From Anaerotignum sp. (GTDB taxonomy: Bacteria > Bacillota > Clostridia > Lachnospirales > Anaerotignaceae), in NCBI GenBank assembly GCA_028710085.1, contig JAQUSU010000002.1, positions 26,580 through 90,579 of the forward strand: a stretch of 64,000 bases of DNA, in the 5' to 3' direction. This document shows positions 20,370 to 30,890 of the stretch, in pieces. The stretch's first letter is position 1; each line of letters starts with the position of its first letter. The notes under the pieces are model-generated. The model had not been told where the DNA came from. It ran no database searches and saw only the letters and a program-made list of their open reading frames with translations. The translations under genes were made by a program, and so were the position numbers.

Positions 20370-20830
20370 CCCAAATTGTTAAAAATTTATTATTATCTGA
20401 ATTTTTTTTGGCACTCTTGGTGCAAAATAGGCATACACAGGAATTGTCCCTTTTCCCAATAAAATAATAGCGAAAAACTGTGTTTGTTTGTCGATGAAAT
20501 TCCATCCTCATGAAAAGCCAAACTATTTAGAATAAATTCTGTTTTGTTTGTAAAAGCTTCACATCAAATGAACGCCTATACCCAATGCGACTATCAGTGG
20601 CTGCTTTTATGAAAACCCTGACTTCTCCAAGGATTTCAGGAAGAATTCATGAGAAAAACTAATTTTTTGAATAAAATTTTACGTTGCAAATCCAAAAAAT
20701 TATACTTTTCCATTTTGAAAATATTGATTCCTGAAAAATAATTTTCTTTGAAAAAAAAACAGTTTTCTAAGCCTTACCTTTAAAAATAGTGGATTTTTCG
20801 ACAAACTGACATTCTTATATTTTCTTAGAA

Positions 20831-20860
20831 AAATAGGGGGCGTAAAACCCCCTGCTTTTT
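20831..20860 (-). terminator. Probable terminator of the zapA-U32-ftsW-pbp unit
   Basis: AGGGGG-CGTAAAA-CCCCCT hairpin with A/T runs on both sides. Confidence 0.55.
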
Positions 20861-21144
20861 CAATACAGTTTTTTCTTTCACAATTTTTTGTTAAAAATTA
20901 TGCAAAAACCATGCTCTTTTCTCCTTATATCAGTGTTTAAATTTAACATTTTTGCTCAAAATGATAGATCATTAATGTACTCTCAACTTATAAAAAACTG
21001 CTTTGTCTGAGAAACGCCACCAATAAACAATTTTTGTTCCCTTTTTTATACAATATTCCATTTTATTGACGATTCATATATTAAAACTCTACATAATCAT
21101 TCAGCTTTTTTCTTTTTGAAACTGTACATTTTTTCAAACGAAAG

Positions 21145-22554
21145 CTAAGCTTTATTCTCCAGCTGCTTTAGGGCTTCCTGAATCACCTTTCCGGCAATGG
21201 GTGTAGCACTACCATATGCGTCTGAATTTTCAATTACCACAGCCACAGCAATCTTGGGATTCTCCGCAGGCGCAAAGCCCACAAACCAAGAATGATCATT
21301 CCCAGTGGCATTTTCCGCGGTACCGGTTTTCCCCGCCACCGTCACCCCATTGATGGATGCGGCAGAGCCTGTTCCCTTTTCCACAACTGAAACCATCATG
21401 TCCCGCAATGTGGCAGCCTCCTGTGTTGAACAAATTTCCGTCAGCTTTTTGGGCACGGTGTAATTTCCCGCCTTGCCGTTGCTATACTGAATATGGTCAA
21501 CGATATAGGGCTGCATCATGATGCCTTCATTGGCAATGGCGGATGCAAGCATAGCCATATACATGGGTGTGACTGCCGTTTCTCCCTGTCCAATCGCCGT
21601 TTCTACCAATTCACTTTGTGTTGCGCTGGCTTCCAAGCCGATTCGATTTTGACTGTAAGCCAAATCAAACCCCGAAGGCGTTTCCATTCCAACCCGTTTC
21701 ATTACCTCTCGCAGCTTCGATGAACCAATTTCCGTTGTCATTTGGGCAAAATAGGAGTTGCAAGATACGGTCAAGGCCTGCTTTAAATCTACGGTTCCGT
21801 GGGCTTTGTTGTTGTAGCAATGAATTACCTTATTTTCAAAGGCTGCTTCACCAGTGCATTCATAGGTTTTCGTTTGCCAATCCCGAATATTTTCCATAAC
21901 AGCTAGGGAGGTTACCAATTTAAACGTAGAGCCCGGAGGGTATAAGCCTTGGGTTGCACGGTTGACCAAAGGACTATCCTCGGCATCCTTCAATTCATCC
22001 CAATTAGCACTAACGGTATTTGGGTCAAAATCAGGATAAGCCTGTAATGCAAGAATCCTCCCCGTGGACGGCTCCATAACCACAACCGCACCCTTTGCAT
22101 TTCCAAGGAGATTGCCTGCTATGGTTTGAATATCCATATCCACCGTAACCACAACGCTGTTGCCCACCAATTCCTTGCCTGTGGCAATTGCCATCACACG
22201 TTGAAAAAACTCATTATGCAATGTCATCATTTCAAAATTTTGGGCTGCTTCCACCCCAGTTTTCCCAACACTACTATACCCTGTAATATGGGCTGCCATG
22301 CGCGAACGGAGATATTTTCTTTCATACGTTCCATCCCCTTGCAATACGCTGGTTGCCAGAACCTCGCCGTCCATATCAATAATATCCCCACGGCGGATTG
22401 TATTATCCACATAACGCAAACGAGTATTGTATGCATTCGTGGAAATTCCTACCCGTTCCATCAAAACCAGCTTTCCAATGTATCCCAATAAAAGGAGGAA
22501 GCACAAAACCAAAAGCCAAAAAATTCGCCGTATGCTTCGTTTCATATTATTCAT
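21145..22554 (-). CDS. Class B penicillin-binding protein (transpeptidase)
   Basis: N-terminal TM; RG.I.D..G, PPGSTFK (SxxK), SCN (SxN), AGKTGTA (KTG); overlaps the end of the SEDS gene; GGAGG RBS. Confidence 0.9.
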   Translation of the reverse strand: MNNMKRSIRRIFWLLVLCFLLLLGYIGKLVLMERVGISTNAYNTRLRYVDNTIRRGDIIDMDGEVLATSVLQGDGTYERKYLRSRMAAHITGYSSVGKTGVEAAQNFEMMTLHNEFFQRVMAIATGKELVGNSVVVTVDMDIQTIAGNLLGNAKGAVVVMEPSTGRILALQAYPDFDPNTVSANWDELKDAEDSPLVNRATQGLYPPGSTFKLVTSLAVMENIRDWQTKTYECTGEAAFENKVIHCYNNKAHGTVDLKQALTVSCNSYFAQMTTEIGSSKLREVMKRVGMETPSGFDLAYSQNRIGLEASATQSELVETAIGQGETAVTPMYMAMLASAIANEGIMMQPYIVDHIQYSNGKAGNYTVPKKLTEICSTQEAATLRDMMVSVVEKGTGSAASINGVTVAGKTGTAENATGNDHSWFVGFAPAENPKIAVAVVIENSDAYGSATPIAGKVIQEALKQLENKA

Positions 22555-23926
22555 AATCCTCGCCCCCTTCCATTTCCATGTCGGGAGAGGTTTTCTCATC
22601 GGCATCGTGCTGTTCACAATATACGCAAACCCATTGCAAAAGCCCCATCATCATCAGGCTGACCAAAACAGAGGTGCCGCCGTAGCTTACAAAAGGAAGG
22701 GTTACCCCCGTCAGGGGAATCAGCTTAATGACGCCGCCGATAATAATGAAGGCTTGAAAACATAGCATTGTTATAACACCAACGGCCAAAATGCTATAAT
22801 ATCTTCGTTTGCAATCCAAGGCAATTCTCACGCCACGGTATAAGAGCATAATAAAAATACAAATCACTCCGGCGCCAAACAATGTACCGAATTCTTCGCA
22901 AATTGCAGCAAAAATAAAGTCGCTCTCTACAACGGGGATACTTTTTGGCATTCCTTTTGTTAAGCCGCTGCCCAAAAGTCCCCATGTTGTAATTGCAAAC
23001 AGGGAATTTACAATTTGATAACCGCCACTGTCAATATCCGCCCAAGGATTTTGCCACGCAGCAACACGCACACGCACATGAGAGAAAATTTTGTATGCCA
23101 AGGTAGCCGCACCGCTTGCCATAATCATGCCCAATAAGAACAAAAGCTCATTTGCCGTGGCAATATAGAGCATTACCATGTAGGCCATAAAGAAAATCAA
23201 GGCACTCCCCAGATCCTTTTGCAAAACCAATAGCAAAACAATCCCCGCGCTAAGCACACCGGTAATGATAAATTCCTTCCATTCCACTCTTTTGCGGAAA
23301 ACACTGGCGAGGTAAAAAACAAATAAGAATTTCACCAGCTCCGAAGGTTGAAAGGTAAGGCCGCCGATACTCAACCAGTTTGTTGAACCATGGCGTTCCA
23401 CGCCAAATATTTTCGTACAAAGCAATAATCCAAAGCAAATGATAATAAATGCCCATTCAAAAATCTCAAAACGTGGAATCAAACGAAAGAAGGTAGGCAG
23501 CAAGAGCATTCCCACCAATCCGATTACCATCCACATTAATTGCTTGTATGCCAAAATAGGTTCCAGCCTTTGCAGTATAATCAGACTTGTGTCCATCAAA
23601 AACAGCGTCCCCGTCCAGATGAGCGGGCAGCCTTCATAGTAAAACCGATCCAGAAAATGAATGGCTGCCAATAAAAAGATGCAGCCCACCGCACCAAATA
23701 ATACGGCTTTCCAGTCATATATCCCGGTATCCCGATTATACGATAAAATCAAAAAGGCTGTAATGTGCATCAAAATAATGAGGCGCCTCTGAATGGAAAC
23801 AGCATGATAAGGGCTGCCCAAAAAGCCGCCCTGCTCATACGCAATATAAACAATGCCCTGCCACAAAAAGAAGCCGATATAAAAGATAAACAGATATCTG
23901 CTAAGCATAATCAACAGATCTAACAT
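22547..23926 (-). CDS. FtsW/RodA/SpoVE SEDS glycosyltransferase
   Basis: Polytopic; QPSELVK, QKDLGSA, GYQI..S, SDFIFAAI.EEFG, IPLTGVTLPFVSYGG. Confidence 0.93.
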   Translation of the reverse strand: MLDLLIMLSRYLFIFYIGFFLWQGIVYIAYEQGGFLGSPYHAVSIQRRLIILMHITAFLILSYNRDTGIYDWKAVLFGAVGCIFLLAAIHFLDRFYYEGCPLIWTGTLFLMDTSLIILQRLEPILAYKQLMWMVIGLVGMLLLPTFFRLIPRFEIFEWAFIIICFGLLLCTKIFGVERHGSTNWLSIGGLTFQPSELVKFLFVFYLASVFRKRVEWKEFIITGVLSAGIVLLLVLQKDLGSALIFFMAYMVMLYIATANELLFLLGMIMASGAATLAYKIFSHVRVRVAAWQNPWADIDSGGYQIVNSLFAITTWGLLGSGLTKGMPKSIPVVESDFIFAAICEEFGTLFGAGVICIFIMLLYRGVRIALDCKRRYYSILAVGVITMLCFQAFIIIGGVIKLIPLTGVTLPFVSYGGTSVLVSLMMMGLLQWVCVYCEQHDADEKTSPDMEMEGGEDYE

Positions 23927-23930
23927 AGCC

Positions 23931-26366
23931 TCACTCCACTCCGCGGAAGAAATGCCCCTTCGTGTTTCCTTTTTCTCTCATTTCCTCCAAAAGGTTCCTT
24001 GTTTCCGTGCTGATTTTCTTGGGGTCTTGGGTCATTTCTGCATATGCCTTTGTAATTCTTGCAGCACGCCCTGTCCCCTCCTTTGTAAATTCCAAACGTA
24101 CACTGCCCGTTACACTTTCCAAAATTTCATCATAAAACTTCAGTGTAAATAACGGCTTACTATTTAACACCGTGCATACACAGCGTTCGCAGTCCGTCAT
24201 CAAAGGAAACTTCATGCCCATTCTGTCCCGCAAGAAATAAAGCTCCGTATTGTTCTTTTCAGAACAATAAAAATGTCCCTCTTTTCCCCCTGCATAATTA
24301 CCGATGGGACATTGCTGCGTTTTCATGAGGGGGAGATACCCATAGACAACCATTTCGCAGTCCTTATCCCCCATGACATTGATTTCTTGGAGATTTGCTT
24401 CCACGGAAAGGCAAACTTCATCCGCCCCTTGCTGTTTCCAAAAAGCAACGCCTTCTTCGTTCATTACATTCAAGGTGTAATCCACTGTAATTTTTTTACC
24501 GCTGTCCTTTACCATGGCAAACTGACCCGCAGAACGCACAAGAAAACCATCAATAGCGGTGTTTTTCAGCCGTTCCAGCAATGCATCCTCAATATCCTTA
24601 CGCCACTGTCTGCTAATTTTGGGCAAAGCAACATAAAGACTTACACCAAAGCGACGGCAAAGCTCCAACGCAGAAGGTAAATTCCGCTCCATATCAGCGG
24701 ACGCTTCAAAATAAATCACCCGTACACCTTTTGTGCGAACAACCGCCTCCAACTGCAAGAAATCCGTCACCAAAACATTCAGCTTCTTTTGGAGTAAATT
24801 CTCTTTTTTCCCTTTTTCCTCTTTTTCGCATGCTTGAAGGTCTTGGCGCTTTGATTTTTTCAAAATCGCCTCCTCCAAGGCTTCCACAGCCATTCTTCTT
24901 AATTCATTCAACCCACGAATGCTTACGAAAATATCATCGTCTACATCCATCTCCAGGTTTTGCAAAACAAAGGGAGTTGCCCCCATTTTCTCTGTCTGCT
25001 GCTTTAATTTTTCCAAAGAAGTAGGCCGATCCTCCGCCTGCTCCACAATTTCACCCGTAACATAAATATTGCTGCCGCTCATATCCCAAAGCTGCAACGC
25101 CAAGGGCTGACCTTTTTTTGCCTTTAACAGCCCCAAAACAGGCTTTTTGCGCGTATCCTTTTCCCACGTTTTACGAAGGGCGTCGTTTAAGGCTTTATCA
25201 TAGGTGCGATAAACAGCATTGTTTTTTTGAATTTCTCCTACCATGGACAAGGAAACCACTTCCCCTGCCCTGGAAGCCTTGGAAATATTCGATCCCACAT
25301 GGGGGCCTGTAGTCGTCCAAACTTCAATACCATCCCCGGGAACCAACGACTCACGGGTACGAATGGTCAACCGCTTATACTTGGGAATATAATCATCCAC
25401 AAAACCAATCTTTAAGCCCCAAGTTTTTGGGCGCTCGATACTCATCATATCCTTGCCGCCGGCAGAGGTATAATAACCTTCTGTAAAACCGCCTCGGTTG
25501 AAAAGCTGGGTCAGGGTTTTCATATCCTCTGAGGAAACCTCATATTGAGCTGGATTTTCGAAATATAAGTCAATATACTTTCTATAAATAGCCGTAACAC
25601 CTGCCACATATTCAGGATTTTTCATACGTCCTTCAATTTTAAAGGACGTAATTCCCGCCTCGATTAATTGCGGTAAAATCGTTACCGTCTGAATATCCTT
25701 AGGGGAAAGGAGATACCCCTCCTGCAATTTATCCGCACCCTTGTATAAAGTGTAGGGCAAACGACAGGTTTGGGCACATTTCCCACGGTTGCCGCTTCTT
25801 CCGCCCAAAATACTGCTCATGATGCATTGCCCAGAATAGCTGACACAAAGCGCTCCATGAACAAAGGTTTCAATTTCCGCTTGGCTTTGCGCAGTAATCT
25901 CCTGAATTTCTTCCAAAGAAAGCTCTCGGCTCAACACAATTTTAGAAAAGCCCAAGCTCTCCCAATAGCGAACATCCTCAAGGGAATTGACGGTCATTTG
26001 CGTGCTTGCGTGTAAAGGAAACTCAGGATAATTTTCCTGTAGCAGCTTTACCGCACCACTGTCTTGCAAAATCAATGCATCCACGCCCATTTTATATAGC
26101 TTACCGATAAAATCAATAAACTCCTTTAATTCCTTATCCTTATATAATGTATTTACCGTTACATATACATGAACTCCCCTAACGTGACAATAATCGCAAG
26201 CCTCTTCCAATTCCTCCAACGAGAAATTTCCGGCATATTGTCTGGCGCTAAAAAGCTTACCTCCCAAATAAACAGCGTCACATCCGTTGTTCACCGCCGC
26301 TTTCAAACTCTCCATCGAGCCTGCCGGAGCCAATAATTCAGGCTTATTTCTTGCCGACATTTGCAT
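23931..26366 (-). CDS. U32-family Fe-S protein with DUF3656-type extension (RlhA-like RNA hydroxylase candidate)
   Basis: PELLAPAG, HASTQ, E.FVHGALC.SYSG.C..S...GGRSGNRG.CAQ.CR, FKIEGR. Confidence 0.85.
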   Translation of the reverse strand: MQMSARNKPELLAPAGSMESLKAAVNNGCDAVYLGGKLFSARQYAGNFSLEELEEACDYCHVRGVHVYVTVNTLYKDKELKEFIDFIGKLYKMGVDALILQDSGAVKLLQENYPEFPLHASTQMTVNSLEDVRYWESLGFSKIVLSRELSLEEIQEITAQSQAEIETFVHGALCVSYSGQCIMSSILGGRSGNRGKCAQTCRLPYTLYKGADKLQEGYLLSPKDIQTVTILPQLIEAGITSFKIEGRMKNPEYVAGVTAIYRKYIDLYFENPAQYEVSSEDMKTLTQLFNRGGFTEGYYTSAGGKDMMSIERPKTWGLKIGFVDDYIPKYKRLTIRTRESLVPGDGIEVWTTTGPHVGSNISKASRAGEVVSLSMVGEIQKNNAVYRTYDKALNDALRKTWEKDTRKKPVLGLLKAKKGQPLALQLWDMSGSNIYVTGEIVEQAEDRPTSLEKLKQQTEKMGATPFVLQNLEMDVDDDIFVSIRGLNELRRMAVEALEEAILKKSKRQDLQACEKEEKGKKENLLQKKLNVLVTDFLQLEAVVRTKGVRVIYFEASADMERNLPSALELCRRFGVSLYVALPKISRQWRKDIEDALLERLKNTAIDGFLVRSAGQFAMVKDSGKKITVDYTLNVMNEEGVAFWKQQGADEVCLSVEANLQEINVMGDKDCEMVVYGYLPLMKTQQCPIGNYAGGKEGHFYCSEKNNTELYFLRDRMGMKFPLMTDCERCVCTVLNSKPLFTLKFYDEILESVTGSVRLEFTKEGTGRAARITKAYAEMTQDPKKISTETRNLLEEMREKGNTKGHFFRGVE

Positions 26367-26549
26367 TCTCCTCTCTTTACGCTTAGACCAATTTCAATTT
26401 TTTATACCTTCTCTAGTATTGCCAAAAAAAGCAAATCACCCTTCACTTTTATCATAGATAAACGAAAGATGAGAATGATGATAAACGACAACCTAAAAAA
26501 GCAGAGAAAAAAGTCCAATACCTTTATATCACAATTTTTACATTAATTT

Positions 26550-27134
26550 TTACTTTCTACGATATTTATTTCTTTTTCCTTTTCTCGCTATATTTTTTCC
26601 CGTCTGTCCACCTTTTAACCCCATGGGGTTTGAATCTGTGGATTTTGAATCCACGGGATGAAGATTTTGAGGTTCACCCTCGTCATGACTGACCGTTTCT
26701 TCTTTATTATTAGGCGCAGGCTGTTTTCCTTCTGGGTAAAGCACCGCATGATTCTCGGCTTCAGCTTTTGGGGGTCGATCCTCTGTCAATTCCTGAATTT
26801 CTTTCAACTCGTCCCGCTCTGCTTTCACTTCGTCCAATTCTGCTTTTGTTTCCTCCAGCTGCGAAATCAACTCCTCAAGCCTTGTACTTAGACCCAAATT
26901 ACGTCCTTCCAGTTCTGCATTTTTATCTTTTTCTTTAAAATAATCATCCGCAACATTTAAGGCCGTCAATACATAAGCCAGACTGGTATCCAACTTTACC
27001 GCAGCCGCACTTGTACGAATTTCTTCTATTTTCTTATGAATACACGCAGCCACAGCCTGCATGTGTGCTTCCGTTTCTTCTCCCACTAATGTAAAGGATT
27101 TTCCGTCTACGGAAATTTTTATTCTGTTTTTCAA
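26550..27134 (-). CDS. zapA: Cell division protein ZapA with C-terminal extension
   Basis: I.ISVDGK.FTL.G.E.E.H...VA..I, AYVLTALNVADDYFK then coiled coil; TTG start, GGGGAG RBS. Confidence 0.8.
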   Translation of the reverse strand: MKNRIKISVDGKSFTLVGEETEAHMQAVAACIHKKIEEIRTSAAAVKLDTSLAYVLTALNVADDYFKEKDKNAELEGRNLGLSTRLEELISQLEETKAELDEVKAERDELKEIQELTEDRPPKAEAENHAVLYPEGKQPAPNNKEETVSHDEGEPQNLHPVDSKSTDSNPMGLKGGQTGKNIARKGKRNKYRRK

Positions 27135-27510
27135 AAACCTACACTCCCCTCTTCAGCCCTTCGCAAAACACAATTCAAAAACCGATACACAGTCTCCATT
27201 CATAAAATTTTGCATATCAATTACCTACGACAAAACGATTCTTTTTTTATGCGTAACGGTCCATATCGCAGCATTACTTAGCAGAAAAAGCCATTCTTTG
27301 TCTTTTATATAATACCTCCCACAATCTGGAACTGCTTAACATAATTTTTTTTATAAACCTGCCTGCAAATCCCTTTATGATCAAACCCATTCATTTCATT
27401 CTTTCTTTTCACAAGCTGTTTCATTTCTCAAATAAAATTACTTTTTATGGAAACATATTGCCTTATAATTATAGCATAGGAATTGCTGGTACGGAATGTT
27501 TTTTTACAAT

Positions 27511-27553
27511 AAAAGAAGACCTCTTGGCAAGGTTTCTCTTGCAAAAAGGCCCT
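27511..27553 (-). terminator. Terminator after the oxidoreductase operon
   Basis: Minus strand GAGGCCTTTTTGCAAG...CTTGCCAAGAGGTCTTC followed by TTTT. Confidence 0.55.
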
Positions 27554-27575
27554 CAATATTTAGGAGATAACTATG

Positions 27576-28130
27576 TTATTTGTAATTTTGTGCAAATTCA
27601 TAGCCCATTTTAAATGCTTTTTTGTTATCGGGAATAAATTTAGCCTTGCCGCCCTCAAAAACATGGGTAAAGGCATCATCAATACTTTCCACCGTTACCG
27701 TGTTGATTGACTGAATGACAGCGCCCAATAAAATGATGTTAGCCAATTTCGCGCCGCCAAATTCCTGCGTTGACATTGCATTTGCAGGAATATTTAAAAC
27801 GCGGATGTCTTCCTTGTCCTCTTTTAAAGCCGCCAAATCGGAATTCACAATTAAAACGCCGTCTTTTCCAAGAATGTCTACAAATTTATCCAAGGAAGGC
27901 TGATTCATGGCAATTACGCAATTTGCATCGCTTGTAACTACCGGAGAGCCGATGGGTTCGTCGGATACGATTACATGGCAGTTTGCAGTACCACCACGCA
28001 TTTCAGGGCCATAAGAGGGGCACCATGAAACCTCATGTCCTTCCAACATACCTGCATAAGCCAAAATCTTACCCATAGAAAGAGTACCCTGGCCACCAAA
28101 GCCTGCACAACAAATTCTCTGTGTATTCAT
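27576..28130 (-). CDS. 2-oxoacid:ferredoxin oxidoreductase gamma subunit
   Basis: [29 protein letters not shown]; GGAGG RBS. Confidence 0.9.
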   Translation of the reverse strand: MNTQRICCAGFGGQGTLSMGKILAYAGMLEGHEVSWCPSYGPEMRGGTANCHVIVSDEPIGSPVVTSDANCVIAMNQPSLDKFVDILGKDGVLIVNSDLAALKEDKEDIRVLNIPANAMSTQEFGGAKLANIILLGAVIQSINTVTVESIDDAFTHVFEGGKAKFIPDNKKAFKMGYEFAQNYK

Positions 28131-28131
28131 A

Positions 28132-28884
28132 TTATTTGCCCTCCTCTGCAGTGATATCTTTGTAAACGCCAAGAGGATAGTAAGGGATCATTTTTTCTCT
28201 TACAAATTCCATCGCTTTCACCGGTGTCAAACCCCAGTTCGTAGGACAGCTGGAAACAACCTCAACAAAGGTAAAACCAAGACCTTTTCTTTGAATTTCC
28301 AAAGCTTTTTTAATAGCTCTTTTTGCCTGTGTAACCTGAGCAGGTGTGGAAACGCTTACTCTTTCAATGTAAACAGGACCATCTAAGGCTGACAGCATTT
28401 CGCATACACGAATGGGGTTACCGTTAATTTTGGGGTCACGACCATTTTTTGCTGTTGTAGCCTTCATACCAGGTAATGTTGTAGGCGCCATCTGACCGCC
28501 TGTCATACCGTAAATGCCATTGTTGATGAAAATGGTTGTGATCTTTTCGCCTCTTGCAGCAGCATGAATGATTTCAGCAGTACCGATGGAAGCAAGGTCA
28601 CCGTCACCCTGATAAGTAAGAACCATTTTATCAGGATGTACTCTTTTAATACCCGTTGCAGTAGCGGGAGCACGACCATGTGCACACTGAATTGCATCAA
28701 AATTAAAGTATTTGTTGGCAAATACGGAACAGCCAACAGGTACAGCTACGATTGCGTTTTTAACTTCGTCCAATTCCTCCAGAGCTTCTGCTACAAGTCT
28801 GTGAACAATACCATGTGCACAACCAGGACAATAATGCAATTTTACATCAGTTAATGCCTTAGTTTTTTGAAATATAACTGCCAT
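28132..28884 (-). CDS. 2-oxoacid:ferredoxin oxidoreductase beta (TPP-binding) subunit
   Basis: YCPGC.HG, HGRA.A.ATG, YQGDGD..IG...NN..YGMTGGQ, CPTNW. Confidence 0.92.
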   Translation of the reverse strand: MAVIFQKTKALTDVKLHYCPGCAHGIVHRLVAEALEELDEVKNAIVAVPVGCSVFANKYFNFDAIQCAHGRAPATATGIKRVHPDKMVLTYQGDGDLASIGTAEIIHAAARGEKITTIFINNGIYGMTGGQMAPTTLPGMKATTAKNGRDPKINGNPIRVCEMLSALDGPVYIERVSVSTPAQVTQAKRAIKKALEIQRKGLGFTFVEVVSSCPTNWGLTPVKAMEFVREKMIPYYPLGVYKDITAEEGK

Positions 28885-29942
28885 TATTTGTCACCTCCCA
28901 TAACTTTCTTGCCAAATTCAACGATTTCATCTACCGCAGGAACAACGCCGCCCGTTCTGCCATAGAACTCGATTTTATTTTTATCATTACAAGCATAAGC
29001 AACATCCTGAACCATCTGGCCCATGCTCATTTCAACGTCCATATATTTTTTAATCTTCTTATCTAATTTTTCAAAAGCTTTCGTAGGGAAGGGCCACAAT
29101 GTTTTTGGTCTAATCATGCCTACTTTGTACCCTGCTTCTCTTAAATAGCCAATTGCACTTCTAACAATTCTGGAAGATGTGCCGTAGGAAACGAAGGCAT
29201 ATTCTGCATCATCCATCAAAAATTCTTCCCAAGCCTGTTCATTTGCTTCAATTTTTGCATAAGTTTCAAAATGCTTCTTATTCCAAGCTTCACATTCGTC
29301 AGGTTCAATAACCAGATTTTCCACCATATGCTTTTCGCCGTCACCCTTACCTGTTAATGCCCATGTTTTGGGAGCTAATTCTTTTTTACAAACATAGTTA
29401 AATTCAACAGGTTCCATCATCTGGCCAATTAAGCCGTCAGCCAATACAATAACGGGTGTGCCATAGTAATCAGCTAAGTCAAAGGCTTCCATAACCATAT
29501 CAACAGCTTCCTGAACGGATGCGGGAGCCAAAACGATATTATGATAATCACCGTTGGAACCACCCTTTACTGCCATGTTATAGTCAGCCTGACCAGGTTG
29601 GATTGTGCCTAAGCCAGGGCCGCCGCGCATCATATTGATGATAACCGCAGGCAAACCGGCGTTGGAAATATAACCAATTCCTTCTTGCTTTAAAGCAATA
29701 CCGGGGGAAGATGAACTTGTTAATACACGGGCACCTGCACCTGCAGCACCATAAACCATGTTGATTGCAGCAACTTCAGACTCAGCCTGAACAAAAACGC
29801 CGCCAACCTTAGGTAATTCGCTGGATAAATATTCTGGTACTTCGCTCTGAGGAGTAATCGGATAGCCGAAGAAAAATCTGCAACCCGCCTCAATTGCTGC
29901 CTTACCAACCGCTTCATTGCCTTTCATTAAAACCTTTGCCAT
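28884..29942 (-). CDS. 2-oxoacid:ferredoxin oxidoreductase alpha subunit (VorB/2-ketoisovalerate type)
   Basis: MKGNEA, GYPITPQSE, QAESEVAAINM, TSSSSPG, RGGPGLG. Confidence 0.9.
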   Translation of the reverse strand: MAKVLMKGNEAVGKAAIEAGCRFFFGYPITPQSEVPEYLSSELPKVGGVFVQAESEVAAINMVYGAAGAGARVLTSSSSPGIALKQEGIGYISNAGLPAVIINMMRGGPGLGTIQPGQADYNMAVKGGSNGDYHNIVLAPASVQEAVDMVMEAFDLADYYGTPVIVLADGLIGQMMEPVEFNYVCKKELAPKTWALTGKGDGEKHMVENLVIEPDECEAWNKKHFETYAKIEANEQAWEEFLMDDAEYAFVSYGTSSRIVRSAIGYLREAGYKVGMIRPKTLWPFPTKAFEKLDKKIKKYMDVEMSMGQMVQDVAYACNDKNKIEFYGRTGGVVPAVDEIVEFGKKVMGGDK

Positions 29943-29959
29943 TGAAATTTCCTCCTCTC

Positions 29960-30175
29960 TTAATCGAGCTTTTCTACTGTAATTGCGCAGTCAGGACACA
30001 TCTTTGCACAGCTTGTGCAAGCGATACAGTCATCATTTACTACCTCTGCCGGGTTGTAGCCCAAAGCATTGATTTTTGTTGTAGAAAGTTGCAGCACATG
30101 CTTTGGACAAACTGAAACACAAAGTTCGCAGCCCTTACATAGCATCTCATTGATCGTTACTCTACCTTTTGCCAT
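29960..30175 (-). CDS. 2x[4Fe-4S] ferredoxin-like delta subunit
   Basis: CKGCELCVSVCP and CIACTSCAKMCP. Confidence 0.92.
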   Translation of the reverse strand: MAKGRVTINEMLCKGCELCVSVCPKHVLQLSTTKINALGYNPAEVVNDDCIACTSCAKMCPDCAITVEKLD

Positions 30176-30203
30176 TCAAATACACCTCCATAAATATTTA
30201 AAC

Positions 30204-30890
30204 TTACATCCAGGTTTGTCTCATATATAACTTCATAGGGAACAACTCCCCGGCAAGACCACGCGGCACCTCTTCGGTCATTAATTCTTCCACATAAGAA
30301 ACATACCTCACAGGGACGCCTGTTTGTTTTGTCACTTCTCTCAAAATGGCATCTCCATTTAAAAGACACTGCGCATTGGTTTCGCGAATCAGGTTTGTAT
30401 TGTTAATGAAGCCAGTCACTTTTAGTCCCGAAGAATACTCGAGCTTCTCCTTTTGCTCAATCACACCCTCAGGTGTGGACGTATCGGGACGATATGCATT
30501 GACTACCATAAAAAAATCCACTTCCGCAGGGTCCAAAATAGGTTTTAATCGACCAAGCACCATTGTGCCTACATCATTGCCGCCCAAATCGACGATGTAA
30601 TCGAAGCTGTGCTCCCTCGCCGGCATTGTCATGGCAGCAGAAACCGCAGGCACATCCAGCCCAGCCCCTTCAATTGAAGAAGCAATGACCATAACACCTG
30701 CTGCCTCCAGTTCCTTCTTTTTTTCCCTGGAACGGAAATAAACATTTACAATATCCAAATCGGCAATGGCAATCTTGTGCCCTTTTTGAGAGAGCTTCAT
30801 GGTATAATTTACCGCAAACTCTGTTTTCCCACTACCGTAGTGACCTGTTATAATACGAATTCTTTTATCATCAGTAAGCATGGAATTCAC
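30204..30890 (-). CDS. P-loop ATP-binding protein (MinD/CbiA-like), uncharacterised
   Basis: GHYGSGKTE Walker A, ADLDIVN.YFRSR, DLGG; start GTG 30890 or ATG 30881. Confidence 0.8.
   Translation of the reverse strand: MNSMLTDDKRIRIITGHYGSGKTEFAVNYTMKLSQKGHKIAIADLDIVNVYFRSREKKKELEAAGVMVIASSIEGAGLDVPAVSAAMTMPAREHSFDYIVDLGGNDVGTMVLGRLKPILDPAEVDFFMVVNAYRPDTSTPEGVIEQKEKLEYSSGLKVTGFINNTNLIRETNAQCLLNGDAILREVTKQTGVPVRYVSYVEELMTEEVPRGLAGELFPMKLYMRQTWM

Noticed and set aside
20394-20760. Several CodY-like AATTTTC.GAAAA matches
   Set aside because: Four or more mismatches in very AT-rich DNA
26400-26520. Hydrophobic ~38-codon minus-strand ORF between zapA and the U32 gene
   Set aside because: Poor RBS spacing; T-rich DNA gives hydrophobic ORFs by chance
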